This document shows, piece after piece, positions 9,508 through 19,290 of a stretch of DNA of 64,000 nt; positions within the stretch are counted from its first letter, which is position 1; every line of letters starts with the position of its first letter. This DNA comes from Stellaceae bacterium. GTDB lineage: Bacteria > Pseudomonadota > Alphaproteobacteria > ATCC43930 > CGMCC-115725. A model generated the notes under the pieces. That model had not been told where the DNA came from. It saw only the letters and a program-made list of their open reading frames with translations, and made no database searches. A program made the translations under genes and the position numbers. The DNA is taken from the NCBI GenBank assembly GCA_036008175.1, contig DASYOB010000098.1, forward strand, positions 4,343-68,342, in the 5' to 3' direction.

Positions 9508-11846
9508 AACCGCCGTGCTTCGGCCGTCGGAAGAAACTCCAGCAACGTTGTAGTCAACCGGTCGATTTCCACCGCGACCTGTTGTAGCTGCGACCCTCCG
9601 CGCTGGCGCAATTCGGCACCGGCGATGCCGAGCGAAGACGCCAAGAGATCGCAAACCCGCCTGCCGCCGAGATGGCCGGCACAGCGGCGGAGCGCCGCGA
9701 TGCCGTGGGTGTAGGCGGTCGCATCAGCGGCTGCGACCGCGCGATCGAGCCGGTCCAAGAGCTGTCGCGCATCGGCGCGAAACGTATCAATCAGCTCGCG
9801 CAGAAACGCCTCGCCGCCACCGAGCGTGCGCAATGCCTCGATCGTCGCGATGTCAACGACTGCCGAGATGTCGGGGACGAATTTCGGATGCGCGGCAATC
9901 GGCGTCACGCGGTGCTCACCGGCGTTGCCGGCGTCTCTGGATGTCGGCGGGCGGCCGCTCGCAATGCCGGCCGGCTTGGGCGCATCAAGCGGGAGCCCGC
10001 GGAACGCATTGACAAGCAGGCGTTCGGTCAATGGCACCGGCAGCAGGCAATCGAGCGCGACCTTGTCCTCTTCTGCGAGACGCTCGATACGGCTGCTCTC
10101 GCCGACGAATAGAATGAACGGATCGGCGGGCCCAAGCATCCTGACGCTGTCGGCAAAGGCGAGCGCGACGAGCGGCTGGTCGCGGCCATCGACCATCAGC
10201 ACCGAGCGCTCGCTTTGGTCGAGTTCAGCTATTTCGGTGACGGCAGTTTCGGTATCGCCGATCCAGCGCGCGTCTGCATGCCACCGATCGAGCAGCGCGG
10301 TGACTTCGCCGGCGAAGGCGTCATCTCCGCTGACAATCAGCACCGGCTGGCTTTTCAGGTCGAGATCGGTCTCGGCCGGCTGCTGCTCGACGCCCAAAGT
10401 CAGCGTGATAGTGAACCGATTGGGCGGTCCAGGCCCGCCTTCCATGCTGAGTTCGCCGCCGATCATCGCGACCAGCCGTGTAACTACTCCGACGGTGAGG
10501 GCCCCGTGCTCCCATGCCGCCGCACGTTGGGTTTCCCCGTCGCGGCCATCGCCGACGATGTCGTCCGACCGGGCCGCGTCGCCGGTGTCGAACCTGATGC
10601 GCAACCGCATCCGGTCGGCGTCGCGACCGACGGCGTCGCAAGCGATTCGCAGGCTGTTCGTCTGCGCCAGATTGATAAAATGATCGGCGAGGCTGCCGAG
10701 GATGCGCGCAATTGCCTGCGAAGGGCCGCGCAAGCAGGGCGGCAGGCGCGGATCGACGCGCCATCGCATCGCGATTCCTTTTGCAGCGGCCGCGAAAGAG
10801 AGCCGGCCCAGGGTCTCGGACACTATTGCGCGGAAATCGAAGGGCGTGATCGGGGCCGAAAACTCCCCGGTTTCGACCCCGACCAGCTCGAGAATATCGC
10901 TGATCCTTTCCGCCAGAACTCGGGTCGAGTGTTCTGCGGCGCCGGCGCGGATAACTGCCAGCGGTTGCCGCAAGGCATCGGCAACCGCGGCGAGAAATCG
11001 TGTCCTGCCCGTCTCGGCCGTCGTTGCGGTAGCCCGTGCTGCGGCTATCGCGCGCAGCAGCCCGACAACACACCACGGCAGAACCATCAGCGCGGCGATC
11101 AGCCCCAAAGCGAGACCGGGCTGTCGGCGCCAGAATTCCGTGAACAGAACGACCACGGCAAACCCGGCGAGGCTGCCGATCGCGCTCCCCAGCAGCGCGT
11201 GCTCGCCGAAGCGATAACCCGCATAGAAGGCCGCCAACAAATAAAGCGGATACAGACCCGCCGCTGCAGCTCCCCCGAGATGAAGTAAGGCCGATAACAG
11301 CGCAATATCCAGCGCCATCGCGCATCCGCGCCGCAGACGGCCTGCAACCGGCCGAAGAAGAATCGACAGCAGCACGGTCCAGGCGGCAGAAAGCCCGAGC
11401 ACAGCCACCGGCAACACGAGCGGCGACGCGGCACCGGTTGGCATAGCCGTCGCCAAACCCAGCGCATAGCCGAACAACAGCGTGTCGGCAAAGACGCGAA
11501 GGATCGCCTGCTCGGCCTCCTCGCGGGCCTCGCGCTGCAGGAAGGCCACAATCCGGGGCAAGCCGGAAAGGGCGACCGCCAGGCCGACACCGGCCGGCGT
11601 CAGGATCAGCAAGGCCAAGAGAATGTCCGCCGCGAGCGGCGGCCCCATGAGACCTCGAACGCCGGTGAAAATGCTCACAACTATAGGGGGCGCCACGCCA
11701 GCTATCGACAGGCCGACGGCTGCAGCGACGGCCCGGCCATTTCTCTCATCGGCGGATGGCAAATCTTGAGCCATCAGCGGCGCGGCCGATCCCTCGGTCC
11801 GCGCCGGCGAGCCCGAATGCGGCAATTCGGAATGAAACCCGGCCAA
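9504..11846 (-). CDS. Membrane hybrid-kinase-like protein: multi-TM N-terminus, degenerate HisKA/HATPase, receiver-like domain, HPt-like domain
   Basis: 780 aa. About 8 hydrophobic helices (residues 45-265). H-box-like RFLAAVADALRQPLAVI with Asp at the His position. Degenerate N/G boxes. Receiver-like PVLIVSGDD...VLMVDGRD...LLPVPL. C-terminal HPt-like helix bundle. Lies 9 nt downstream of the preceding kinase gene. Confidence 0.8.
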   Translation of the reverse strand: MAGFHSELPHSGSPARTEGSAAPLMAQDLPSADERNGRAVAAAVGLSIAGVAPPIVVSIFTGVRGLMGPPLAADILLALLILTPAGVGLAVALSGLPRIVAFLQREAREEAEQAILRVFADTLLFGYALGLATAMPTGAASPLVLPVAVLGLSAAWTVLLSILLRPVAGRLRRGCAMALDIALLSALLHLGGAAAAGLYPLYLLAAFYAGYRFGEHALLGSAIGSLAGFAVVVLFTEFWRRQPGLALGLIAALMVLPWCVVGLLRAIAAARATATTAETGRTRFLAAVADALRQPLAVIRAGAAEHSTRVLAERISDILELVGVETGEFSAPITPFDFRAIVSETLGRLSFAAAAKGIAMRWRVDPRLPPCLRGPSQAIARILGSLADHFINLAQTNSLRIACDAVGRDADRMRLRIRFDTGDAARSDDIVGDGRDGETQRAAAWEHGALTVGVVTRLVAMIGGELSMEGGPGPPNRFTITLTLGVEQQPAETDLDLKSQPVLIVSGDDAFAGEVTALLDRWHADARWIGDTETAVTEIAELDQSERSVLMVDGRDQPLVALAFADSVRMLGPADPFILFVGESSRIERLAEEDKVALDCLLPVPLTERLLVNAFRGLPLDAPKPAGIASGRPPTSRDAGNAGEHRVTPIAAHPKFVPDISAVVDIATIEALRTLGGGEAFLRELIDTFRADARQLLDRLDRAVAAADATAYTHGIAALRRCAGHLGGRRVCDLLASSLGIAGAELRQRGGSQLQQVAVEIDRLTTTLLEFLPTAEARRF

Positions 11847-11855
11847 TCGGCTGCC

Positions 11856-13526
11856 CTACGGACCGGCGAACGCGCGAATCTCGCCGGCGATCGCTATAGG
11901 CGCCTGTTGCGAGCGCTCGCGCGGAAATGTCACGGTCACTGTGGTGCCGATCCCCTTGCTGCTGCGGATCGCCAAGCTCCCGCCATGCAGCTCGGTTAGC
12001 CCGATCGCCAAGGGAAGACCTAGCCCGGTACCGTCGTGGCCACGAGTCCAGGTGCTGGCGACCTGGCCGAACCGGCTCATGGCGGTTTCGACTTCCGCTG
12101 CATCCATGCCGATCCCGTGGTCGACCACCGAAATCGAAACCGCGCCGCCGACGCTGCGCAAAACGATCTCCACTTCGCCCCCGGCATGGCTGAATTTGAT
12201 CGCGTTCATCAGCAGATTGAGGACGATCTGCTTCACCTTGCGGGCATCCGCGCGTAGTGCCGGCAGAGGAGCTTCGCTGCGCAACCTAACGTGCACCTCG
12301 CTTGCCCGCGCCTTGGCCTCGGCGAGCTGCACCAGATCGGTCATTGCTTTTGCCGGGTCGATCAATTCTTCGGCGAGGTCGAGCCTGCCCGCTTCGAGTT
12401 TCGAGACATCGAGGATGTCATTGATGATGCCGAGCAGGTGTTCGGCGCTCGCCAGAATGTCGCGGGCATAGCCGATATATTTCGCGGTTCCGATCGGGCC
12501 GAGCATCTCGCCGGCAATCACCTGCGAGAAGCCAAGGATCGCGTTGAGCGGCGTGCGCAGCTCATGGCTCATATTGGCGACGAATTCGCCCATCGTGCGG
12601 TTGGCGCGTTCGGCCTCTTCCTTAGCCAGCAGCAAATCGCGGTCGGCGCGCTTGCGTTCGGTGATGTCGAGGAGGACGGTCACCACCATCGACTCCTCCT
12701 CTTCGTCGCCCTGGAACACCGCCCTGTGCGCCAGCAGGACACGGGCGTTTCCGTCGCTGTCGACGACCTCCTCCTCCGACGAGATCGGCGCGGCCTTACC
12801 GGCGAGCAGGCAAGTGCCGCTGTCGAACAAGCTGCGCGCCAAGGGGCCGTCATGAACCTCGACCGGCCGGCGGCCGATCAGCCGGCTCGGGCGGGTGCCG
12901 ACAAAGGATGCGAAATGGCGATTGACCACCAGATAGCGGCCGTTCTGGTCGGTGACGCAGATCATTCGCGGGATGATATCAATGACCCGCAACAGCATTT
13001 CATGCGCGCGGCGCAAGCCGGCCGGTTCAGGCCGATTGGCGTCATTGGCGGCGGCGATCGGTTCTGCGCGACTGCGGCGAACCGGCCGCGCTCTGAGTTG
13101 GCGTTGCGCGCGGAGACGGAATTCGACCGGATCGATCGGTGTCAGCAAATGGTCCGCCGCACCGGCTTCGAGCGCCCGCTCTATCGGGCCACTCTCCTCG
13201 GGGCAACCGACGACAATTACCGGGGCAGCGGTCGGACCAGATTGCTCCCATAGCCGGGAAAAGAATCCGGCGGCGTCACCCTGATCGCTCGTCGCCCCTA
13301 GGACGACGAGATTGGGCCGACGCTCGGCGCAAAACGACAACGCCGCCTCGCGATCTACGAAGGTGTTCGCGCTGATGCCTTCGCCAAGCAATTCCGCGTG
13401 TCGCTGCAGGATCTTCAGATTGGTGCTGCTGTCATCGACGATGACCACCAGCTGGGGAGACAAGGCGCCCACCTGGACTGTTATGAGCCGTCTGCCAGAC
13501 GTATAGGGCCGCGTGCCCACGCGCAT
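11856..13526 (-). CDS. Sensor histidine kinase with N-terminal receiver-like domain and PAS domain
   Basis: 556 aa. LVVIVDDSSTNLKIL receiver fold. PAS (IPRMICVTDQNGRYLVVNRHFASFVG). Canonical H-box FVANMSHELRTPLNAI. N box NLLMNAIKF, G1 DHGIGM, G2 GTGLGLPL. Confidence 0.85.
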   Translation of the reverse strand: MRVGTRPYTSGRRLITVQVGALSPQLVVIVDDSSTNLKILQRHAELLGEGISANTFVDREAALSFCAERRPNLVVLGATSDQGDAAGFFSRLWEQSGPTAAPVIVVGCPEESGPIERALEAGAADHLLTPIDPVEFRLRAQRQLRARPVRRSRAEPIAAANDANRPEPAGLRRAHEMLLRVIDIIPRMICVTDQNGRYLVVNRHFASFVGTRPSRLIGRRPVEVHDGPLARSLFDSGTCLLAGKAAPISSEEEVVDSDGNARVLLAHRAVFQGDEEEESMVVTVLLDITERKRADRDLLLAKEEAERANRTMGEFVANMSHELRTPLNAILGFSQVIAGEMLGPIGTAKYIGYARDILASAEHLLGIINDILDVSKLEAGRLDLAEELIDPAKAMTDLVQLAEAKARASEVHVRLRSEAPLPALRADARKVKQIVLNLLMNAIKFSHAGGEVEIVLRSVGGAVSISVVDHGIGMDAAEVETAMSRFGQVASTWTRGHDGTGLGLPLAIGLTELHGGSLAIRSSKGIGTTVTVTFPRERSQQAPIAIAGEIRAFAGP

Positions 13527-13644
13527 ACATCCCCGTACGCGACAAAACGAAAAATGTTTGATTATAATACGTTACGCTTGCGCAGCGGCGCTCGCCCAGC
13601 AGCCGGGGGCGCTCGTTTTGCTGCGCCGATTCGTGCGGGCGCGA

Positions 13645-14577
13645 TCACAGGCGATAGAAGGTCATCGCGTTTTTCCAGAAGAACCGGTCCCGCTCTTCGG
13701 GCGAGCGGTCCGCCAGCATCTGGCTCATTGCGGCGACCAGTGCGCCGTAGCCGATGCGCAAGCCGGCGACCGGGAAGTTGCTGGCAAACATCGCCCGCTC
13801 GATCCCGAAGATCGCAAGGGCGTCGAGGACGACGCGTAAATTGGACGGATACTCCCAGGCCCGGTCCTTGAGCCCGAATTCGGAGACCTTGAGGTGGACA
13901 TTCGGCTCGCGGGCTAGGATTTCCATCGCGCGGCGCCATGCCCTCAGCCCCTCCTCGCTACGGTCCCACGGAAAGCCGGTGTGGTTGAGCACGATCGGGG
14001 TGTTCGGAAAGGCGCGCGCGACCGCGGCGGCCTCCTCGAGATGCCAGAACGGCACCCGCAGATCCCAGGAGAGCTTGTACTTCTGAAGCAGCTCGAAGCC
14101 GCGCAGCCAGCGCTCGTCCTGCATTGTACCGGGAGCGCCCGGCTCGATGCGGTCCGGCGACGGCGCGGTGACCGGTTTCGAGCGGATGCCGCGCACCAGC
14201 GGAAACGTCGCCTGCGCGGCGATGACTTCCTCGGCGTTGTCGGTATCAAACCAGGCATGCGCGACGATCGCGCCCGGGAACCCGTTTTCGCGATGGATCG
14301 CGCTGATCCAGCGGGTTTCGCCGACCTGGTCGGCCCGATCCCATTCGGCCTCGCAGTGCACCGTCGTCAGCACATTATGTCCGGCGGCATCAGGACGATA
14401 ATCCTCGGGCAGGTAGTTCCTTTTGAGCGGCGCGTAGTCGCCCATGAAGAACTCTTTCTCCTCGCCGCCGCACAGCCACGGGTGCTGACCCATCCGCAGA
14501 TCCCACAGGTGATGATGCGCATCGATCAGGGTCACGGCATCGGGCGCGTCGTTCCAATTCCCATGGATCGTGTTCAT
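13645..14577 (-). CDS. Amidohydrolase family protein (amidohydrolase_2 / metal-dependent hydrolase)
   Basis: 310 aa. LIDAHHHLWDL near the N-terminus and NHTGFP later, typical of the amidohydrolase-2 TIM-barrel family. Confidence 0.85.
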   Translation of the reverse strand: MNTIHGNWNDAPDAVTLIDAHHHLWDLRMGQHPWLCGGEEKEFFMGDYAPLKRNYLPEDYRPDAAGHNVLTTVHCEAEWDRADQVGETRWISAIHRENGFPGAIVAHAWFDTDNAEEVIAAQATFPLVRGIRSKPVTAPSPDRIEPGAPGTMQDERWLRGFELLQKYKLSWDLRVPFWHLEEAAAVARAFPNTPIVLNHTGFPWDRSEEGLRAWRRAMEILAREPNVHLKVSEFGLKDRAWEYPSNLRVVLDALAIFGIERAMFASNFPVAGLRIGYGALVAAMSQMLADRSPEERDRFFWKNAMTFYRL

Positions 14578-14666
14578 GCTTGCTCCGCAGAGCTGATGAT
14601 TCTACAGCGCCGATCGCGGCGTGCTCGTTGTAGGGTGACCGGCAAACCGAACGAGGGCAATCGGGG

Positions 14667-15461
14667 ATGAGCCAGAACTACGAAACGATCCGGATCGAGG
14701 ATAAAGGTGACGGGCTCACCCTGCTGACTTTGAACCGGCCACAGGTCGCCAACGCGATGAACACGCAGATGGGCCGCGACCTCTTGGCTTTTTTCGAGGC
14801 CGTCAACGCCAACCCGCTCGCCTATCGCTGCATCGTGATGACCGGCTCCGGCGACAAGGCGTTCTGCGCCGGAGGCGACCTCAAGGAACGCCTGGGCATG
14901 ACCGACGAGACCTGGCAGGCGCAGCACCTCCTCTTCGAGCGCGCGGTCCGCGCCTTCATCGGCTGCCCGGTGCCGGTATTGGGCGCCATCAACGGCGCCG
15001 CCTATGCCGGCGGCTGCGAGCTGGCGCTGTGCTGCGATTTTCTCTACGCCGCCGAGACTGCCCGCTTCGCGCTGACCGAGGTCACGCTCGGCATCATGCC
15101 GGGCGCCGGCGGCACGCAGAACCTGCCACGCGCCGTCGGCGAACGCCGCGCCAAGGAGATCATCCTGACCGGCCGACCGTTCTCGGCGCGCGATGCTTTC
15201 GAATGGGGCATGGTCAACCGGTTGTGCGCACCCGACAAACTGCTCGAAGAGACACTCGCGACGGCGCGGCGCATCGCCGACAACGCGCCGATCTCGGTGC
15301 GCCAGGCGAAGCACTCGATCCATTACGGGCTGCAGATGGATCTCGCCAGTGCGATGATGTTTGAGATCGAGGCCTACAACCGCATGGTCCCGACCGAGGA
15401 CCGGCGCGAGGGCATCGCCTCCTTCAACGAGAAGCGCAAGCCGCGTTTCAGGGGCCGGTAA
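14667..15461 (+). CDS. Enoyl-CoA hydratase/isomerase family protein
   Basis: 264 aa. FCAGGDLKE, AINGAAYAGGCELALCCDF and EGIASFNEKRKPRF crotonase motifs. Confidence 0.9.
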   Translation: MSQNYETIRIEDKGDGLTLLTLNRPQVANAMNTQMGRDLLAFFEAVNANPLAYRCIVMTGSGDKAFCAGGDLKERLGMTDETWQAQHLLFERAVRAFIGCPVPVLGAINGAAYAGGCELALCCDFLYAAETARFALTEVTLGIMPGAGGTQNLPRAVGERRAKEIILTGRPFSARDAFEWGMVNRLCAPDKLLEETLATARRIADNAPISVRQAKHSIHYGLQMDLASAMMFEIEAYNRMVPTEDRREGIASFNEKRKPRFRGR

Positions 15462-15497
15462 CGGCTGGCTCTGTCGGCAAGCCGCGGAGAGGACAAA

Positions 15498-17015
15498 TTG
15501 CGGGTTTCGAGATGGTTGCTGATCGTTGCCCTGGCGGTGGCGTCGTCCCTGCCTGCTGCGGCGGCCGACATGACCACCTTGCGGATCGGATTGCAGGAGG
15601 ATCCCGACTTGCTCGATCCGGCGCAGGGCGTCAGCTTTGTCGGCCGCGAGGTGTTCGCTGCGCTCTGTGACAAGCTCGTCGATGTCGATCGCGACCTCAA
15701 GATCGTGCCGCAGCTGGCGACCGAGTGGTCGTGGTCGGAAGATGCTCATGCGCTGACCCTGACGGTGCGCGACGGGGTCAGATTCCACGACGGGACGATG
15801 CTCGATGCCGGGGCCGTAAAGGCCAATCTCGACCGCTACCGGATGGCGCCGGAATCGAAGCGCAAGGGCGAATTGAAGCCGGTGCGCGAGGTCGTCGCGG
15901 TCGATCCGCATACCGTGCGGATCGAGCTGACCGCGCCCTACGCCCCGCTCCTCGCCGTGCTGGCCGACCGCGCCGGCATGATCCTATCGAACGATGCTCT
16001 GGCCAAGGCGGGCGACGCGATCGGCACCAAGCCCATATGCTCCGGGCCCTATCGTTTCGTCGAGCGGGTGCCGCAGGAGCGGATCGTGCTCGAGCGCTTC
16101 CCGGATTACTGGAACGCCGCGGCGATCGCCGTCGACCGGATCGTCTACACCCCGGTGCCGGACAGCACGGTGCGGCTCGCCAATCTGCAATCCGGCAGCT
16201 TCGACATCGTCGAGCGTCTCGCGGCGACCGACGTCAAGAGCGTGGAGGCCGACCCGAAGCTGCGCCTCGTTTCCTCGACCGCGCTCGCCTACGATCTGCT
16301 CTCGATCAACCTGCACAACGGCCCCGCCGCGGACAACCCTCTGGGTCGTGACCCGAAAGTGCGCGAGGCCTTCGAGCTGGCAATCGACCGCAAGGTCCTG
16401 AACGACGTCGTCTATGACGGCCGCTTTGTGCCGTCGAACCAGCCGGAGGTGCCGGGGACACGCTATTGGGACCCCGATCATCCGGTGCCGGCGCGCGATG
16501 TCGAGAAGGCGAGAGCGCTGCTCGCCGCCGCAGGGACGCCGCACCCGGCCTTCGCCCTAACCACCGGCAACAGCACAACCGGGCTGCAGGTCGCACAGAC
16601 CTTGCAATCGATGGCCGGAGAAGCCGGGTTCGACATCGTGATCCGGGCGATGGAGGCGATGACACTGGTGCAGAACACGTCGAGCGGCGATTACCAGGCG
16701 GCGCTGGCGATCTGGAGCGGGCGGCCCGATCCCGACGGCAATATCAGCTATTGGCTCGCCTGCGACGGCTTCTTGAATTGGGGCAAATATTGCGACCCGA
16801 AATTCGATGGGCTGCTCGAAAACGCGCGCGAGACGATCGATCCGGAAGCGCGGCAGAAGCTCTATCGCCAGGCAACCGACATCTACATGGCCGCGCGTCC
16901 GGCGTTGTTTCTTTATCATTACAAATGGCTGTGGGGCATGAGCCGCAAGGTCGAGGGTTTCGCGCCGCATCCCGACGGGATCATCCGTCCGCAGGGCCTG
17001 AAGCTGGCGCGTTAA
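15498..17015 (+). CDS. ABC transporter substrate-binding protein, peptide/nickel (family 5) type
   Basis: 505 aa with TTG start and signal peptide (LLIVALAVASSLPAAAA). SBP_bac_5-like sequence throughout. No permease or ATPase genes are adjacent. Confidence 0.85.
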   Translation: MRVSRWLLIVALAVASSLPAAAADMTTLRIGLQEDPDLLDPAQGVSFVGREVFAALCDKLVDVDRDLKIVPQLATEWSWSEDAHALTLTVRDGVRFHDGTMLDAGAVKANLDRYRMAPESKRKGELKPVREVVAVDPHTVRIELTAPYAPLLAVLADRAGMILSNDALAKAGDAIGTKPICSGPYRFVERVPQERIVLERFPDYWNAAAIAVDRIVYTPVPDSTVRLANLQSGSFDIVERLAATDVKSVEADPKLRLVSSTALAYDLLSINLHNGPAADNPLGRDPKVREAFELAIDRKVLNDVVYDGRFVPSNQPEVPGTRYWDPDHPVPARDVEKARALLAAAGTPHPAFALTTGNSTTGLQVAQTLQSMAGEAGFDIVIRAMEAMTLVQNTSSGDYQAALAIWSGRPDPDGNISYWLACDGFLNWGKYCDPKFDGLLENARETIDPEARQKLYRQATDIYMAARPALFLYHYKWLWGMSRKVEGFAPHPDGIIRPQGLKLAR

Positions 17016-17021
17016 ATCACG

Positions 17022-18653
17022 ATGCCGAGCAAAGCCTACGACTACATCATCGTCGGCGCCGGCTCGGCCGGATGCGCCCTGGCCAGCCGGCTCAGTGAAG
17101 ACCCCGACATCAGAGTATTGCTGCTCGAAGCCGGCGGCTGGGACCGCGACCCCTGGCTCAAGATCCCGCTCGCCTGGGGGCGGATCGTGCGCAATCGACC
17201 GCATGACTGGATGTACGACGCCGAACCAGAGCCGACCGTGGACGGCCGCCGCCTCGAATGCATGCGCGGCAAGGTGATCGGCGGATCGTCGTCGATCAAT
17301 GCGATGGCCTATGTCCGCGGCAACCGTGCCGATTACGATCGCTGGGCCGAGGGCGGACTTTGGCAATGGTCCTATGCGCACGTCCTGCCGTATTTCCGCC
17401 GCCAGGAATCCTGGGAAGGTGGCGCCAGCGAATACCGCGGCGGCGATGGGCCGTTGACGACCCGCCGCTCGCGCTTCGCGGACCCGCTCGTCGAGGCCTT
17501 TGCCGAGGCCGGCGTCGCGGCCGGGCATCCGGCGACCGAGGACTACAACGGCGTCCGCCAGGAAGGCTTCGGGCGCACCCAGCAGACGATCCGCAACGGC
17601 CGGCGCTGCAGCGCCGCGGCTGCGTATCTGCACCCGGCGCTGAGCCGGTCCAATCTCGAGGTCCGGACCGGCGCGCTCGCCACCCGGATCGCGCTCGACG
17701 GCCATCGCGCCGTCGGCATCGAGTACCTGAACGGCGGCAAGCATGTCGTCAGCGCCGAACGGGAGGTGATCCTGTCCGGCGGCGTCATCAACTCGCCGCA
17801 GCTTTTGATGCTGTCGGGCATCGGCGATCCCGACGAACTGTCGAGGCACGGCGTGACCGTGAGCGTGCCGTTGCGCGGCGTCGGCCGTAACCTGCAGGAT
17901 CATATCTCGGCTGGGATCGCCTGGCGCCGGCGCGAGCCCGGGCCGCTGCACGCGAAAATGCGGCTCGACCGCATCGCGATCGAACTGGCGCGGGCGTATT
18001 GCTTCGGCACCGGCATCGCCAGCGATTGGTCCGGCGGTGTGATGGCATTCCTGAAGAGTCCCGACGCCTCGCCCATTCCGGACATTCAGCTGCTGTTCGC
18101 CGCGGCGCCCTTGACTGCCGCGCCTTATCTGCGCCCGTTCTCGAAACCCTATGTCGACGCCTTCGGCTGCCGAGCCGTCGTGTTGCGGCCGGAAAGTCGG
18201 GGGCGGCTGGAACTCGCGTCGGCCGATCCGCGCCGGCCGGTCCGCATCCGCCAGAATTTTCTCGCCACCGAGCGCGACTGGACAACCTTGCGGAGCGGGC
18301 TACGCATGGTGCGTGACGTCGGCGCGCAACAGCCGCTCGTCCCGTTCGTCGCCAGCGAAATCGCGCCGGGACCGGGGGCCCGTTCCGACGAGGAGATCGA
18401 CGCGCATATCCGCGCCAATGCGATCACCGTCCACCACCCGCTCGGTACCTGCAAGATGGGCATGCCGAGCGATCCCGGCGCCGTGGTCGATGCGGAATGC
18501 CGGGTCTTCGGCGTCGATGGCCTGCGCGTCGTCGACGCCTCGATCATGCCGGAACTCGTCGGCGGCAACATCAACGCTCCGGTCATCATGATCGCAGAAA
18601 AGGCCGCCGACTTGATCCGCGGCCGCGAGCCGCTCGCGCCAGTGAATGTTTAG
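17022..18653 (+). CDS. GMC family oxidoreductase (choline dehydrogenase-like)
   Basis: 543 aa. [25 protein letters not shown] motif, GGSSSINAM, and C-terminal HPLGTCKMG...VVDASIMP. Confidence 0.9.
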   Translation: MPSKAYDYIIVGAGSAGCALASRLSEDPDIRVLLLEAGGWDRDPWLKIPLAWGRIVRNRPHDWMYDAEPEPTVDGRRLECMRGKVIGGSSSINAMAYVRGNRADYDRWAEGGLWQWSYAHVLPYFRRQESWEGGASEYRGGDGPLTTRRSRFADPLVEAFAEAGVAAGHPATEDYNGVRQEGFGRTQQTIRNGRRCSAAAAYLHPALSRSNLEVRTGALATRIALDGHRAVGIEYLNGGKHVVSAEREVILSGGVINSPQLLMLSGIGDPDELSRHGVTVSVPLRGVGRNLQDHISAGIAWRRREPGPLHAKMRLDRIAIELARAYCFGTGIASDWSGGVMAFLKSPDASPIPDIQLLFAAAPLTAAPYLRPFSKPYVDAFGCRAVVLRPESRGRLELASADPRRPVRIRQNFLATERDWTTLRSGLRMVRDVGAQQPLVPFVASEIAPGPGARSDEEIDAHIRANAITVHHPLGTCKMGMPSDPGAVVDAECRVFGVDGLRVVDASIMPELVGGNINAPVIMIAEKAADLIRGREPLAPVNV

Positions 18654-18660
18654 CTTGTAG

Positions 18661-19290
18661 ATGATCCTGACCCCGATACCGCGCGTGCACCTGGGCGAGG
18701 CGCTCGATCGCTTCGCGGCCCAGCTCGATGACGCCGAGGCGCGGACCGCCTTTGACTGCATTCGCACCACCTCGCCCGATAGAGCCGACGGTGCCGAGGC
18801 GGAGCGGCATCGGCGAGAGGCCCTGGCACTGGCGCGCCGCTTCGGCGTGCCGACGCATCCGCCCGGCACCCGGCCCGCCTTCAACTGGGACGGCAACGCG
18901 CTCGACATCGACACCGAGGCTTACGTGATCCTGCACGAGATCGCGCATTTCGTGCTGGCGCCCCGCGAGCGGCGCGGCCTTGTCGATTTCGGTCTCGGTC
19001 CCGGCCCGGATACAAGAGATCGAGACGCGGCCGAACGCGCCGCGTTGCTGCCTGTCTCCAAACGCGACGCCGACGAAGCCGAAGCCTCGCTGCTCGGCAT
19101 TTTGTGGGAGGCAGCGTTCGCGCAGCCGGCGCTCGCCTCGTTCCTCGATCAGAACTGGCTCGAAGGTCTAGAGCGATCGGCGGCCGCGCATTTCACTGGG
19201 GTTTTTGACAGGCTGCGACGGCACGGGCTGATCGATCCAACGCTCCTCCGGAGAGGCGACAGTCAGCCGGCGTCGCGGGAAATGCGGTAG
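18661..19290 (+). CDS. Hypothetical protein with HExxH-like motif; possible EpmC (EF-P hydroxylase, ex-DUF462)-like family
   Basis: 209 aa with good GC3 bias. ILHEIAHFVLAPRERRGLVDFGLGPGPDTRD resembles, from memory, the E. coli EpmC segment IHEISHWCIAGKARRELVDFGYWYCPDGRD. The functional call is tentative. Confidence 0.6.
   Translation: MILTPIPRVHLGEALDRFAAQLDDAEARTAFDCIRTTSPDRADGAEAERHRREALALARRFGVPTHPPGTRPAFNWDGNALDIDTEAYVILHEIAHFVLAPRERRGLVDFGLGPGPDTRDRDAAERAALLPVSKRDADEAEASLLGILWEAAFAQPALASFLDQNWLEGLERSAAAHFTGVFDRLRRHGLIDPTLLRRGDSQPASREMR

Noticed and set aside
13560-13600. Perfect TATAAT on the minus strand (AT-rich patch AAAATGTTTGATTATAATACG) upstream of the histidine kinase gene
   Set aside because: There is no acceptable -35 element at 16-18 nt spacing, and it lies very close to or downstream of the predicted start region. 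The evidence is too weak to report as a promoter.
15498-17015. Orphan family-5 ABC substrate-binding protein without permease or ATPase genes
   Set aside because: Orphan SBPs are common in this kind of genome. Nothing in the sequence distinguishes it, so it is noted only in the feature list.
14574-17951. Long minus-strand ORFs 14574..15911 (445 aa) and 16557..17951 (464 aa)
   Set aside because: They are antisense to the enoyl-CoA hydratase, SBP and GMC oxidoreductase genes, which all have strong family motifs. Their composition is Arg/Gly/Asp/His-rich and non-protein-like.
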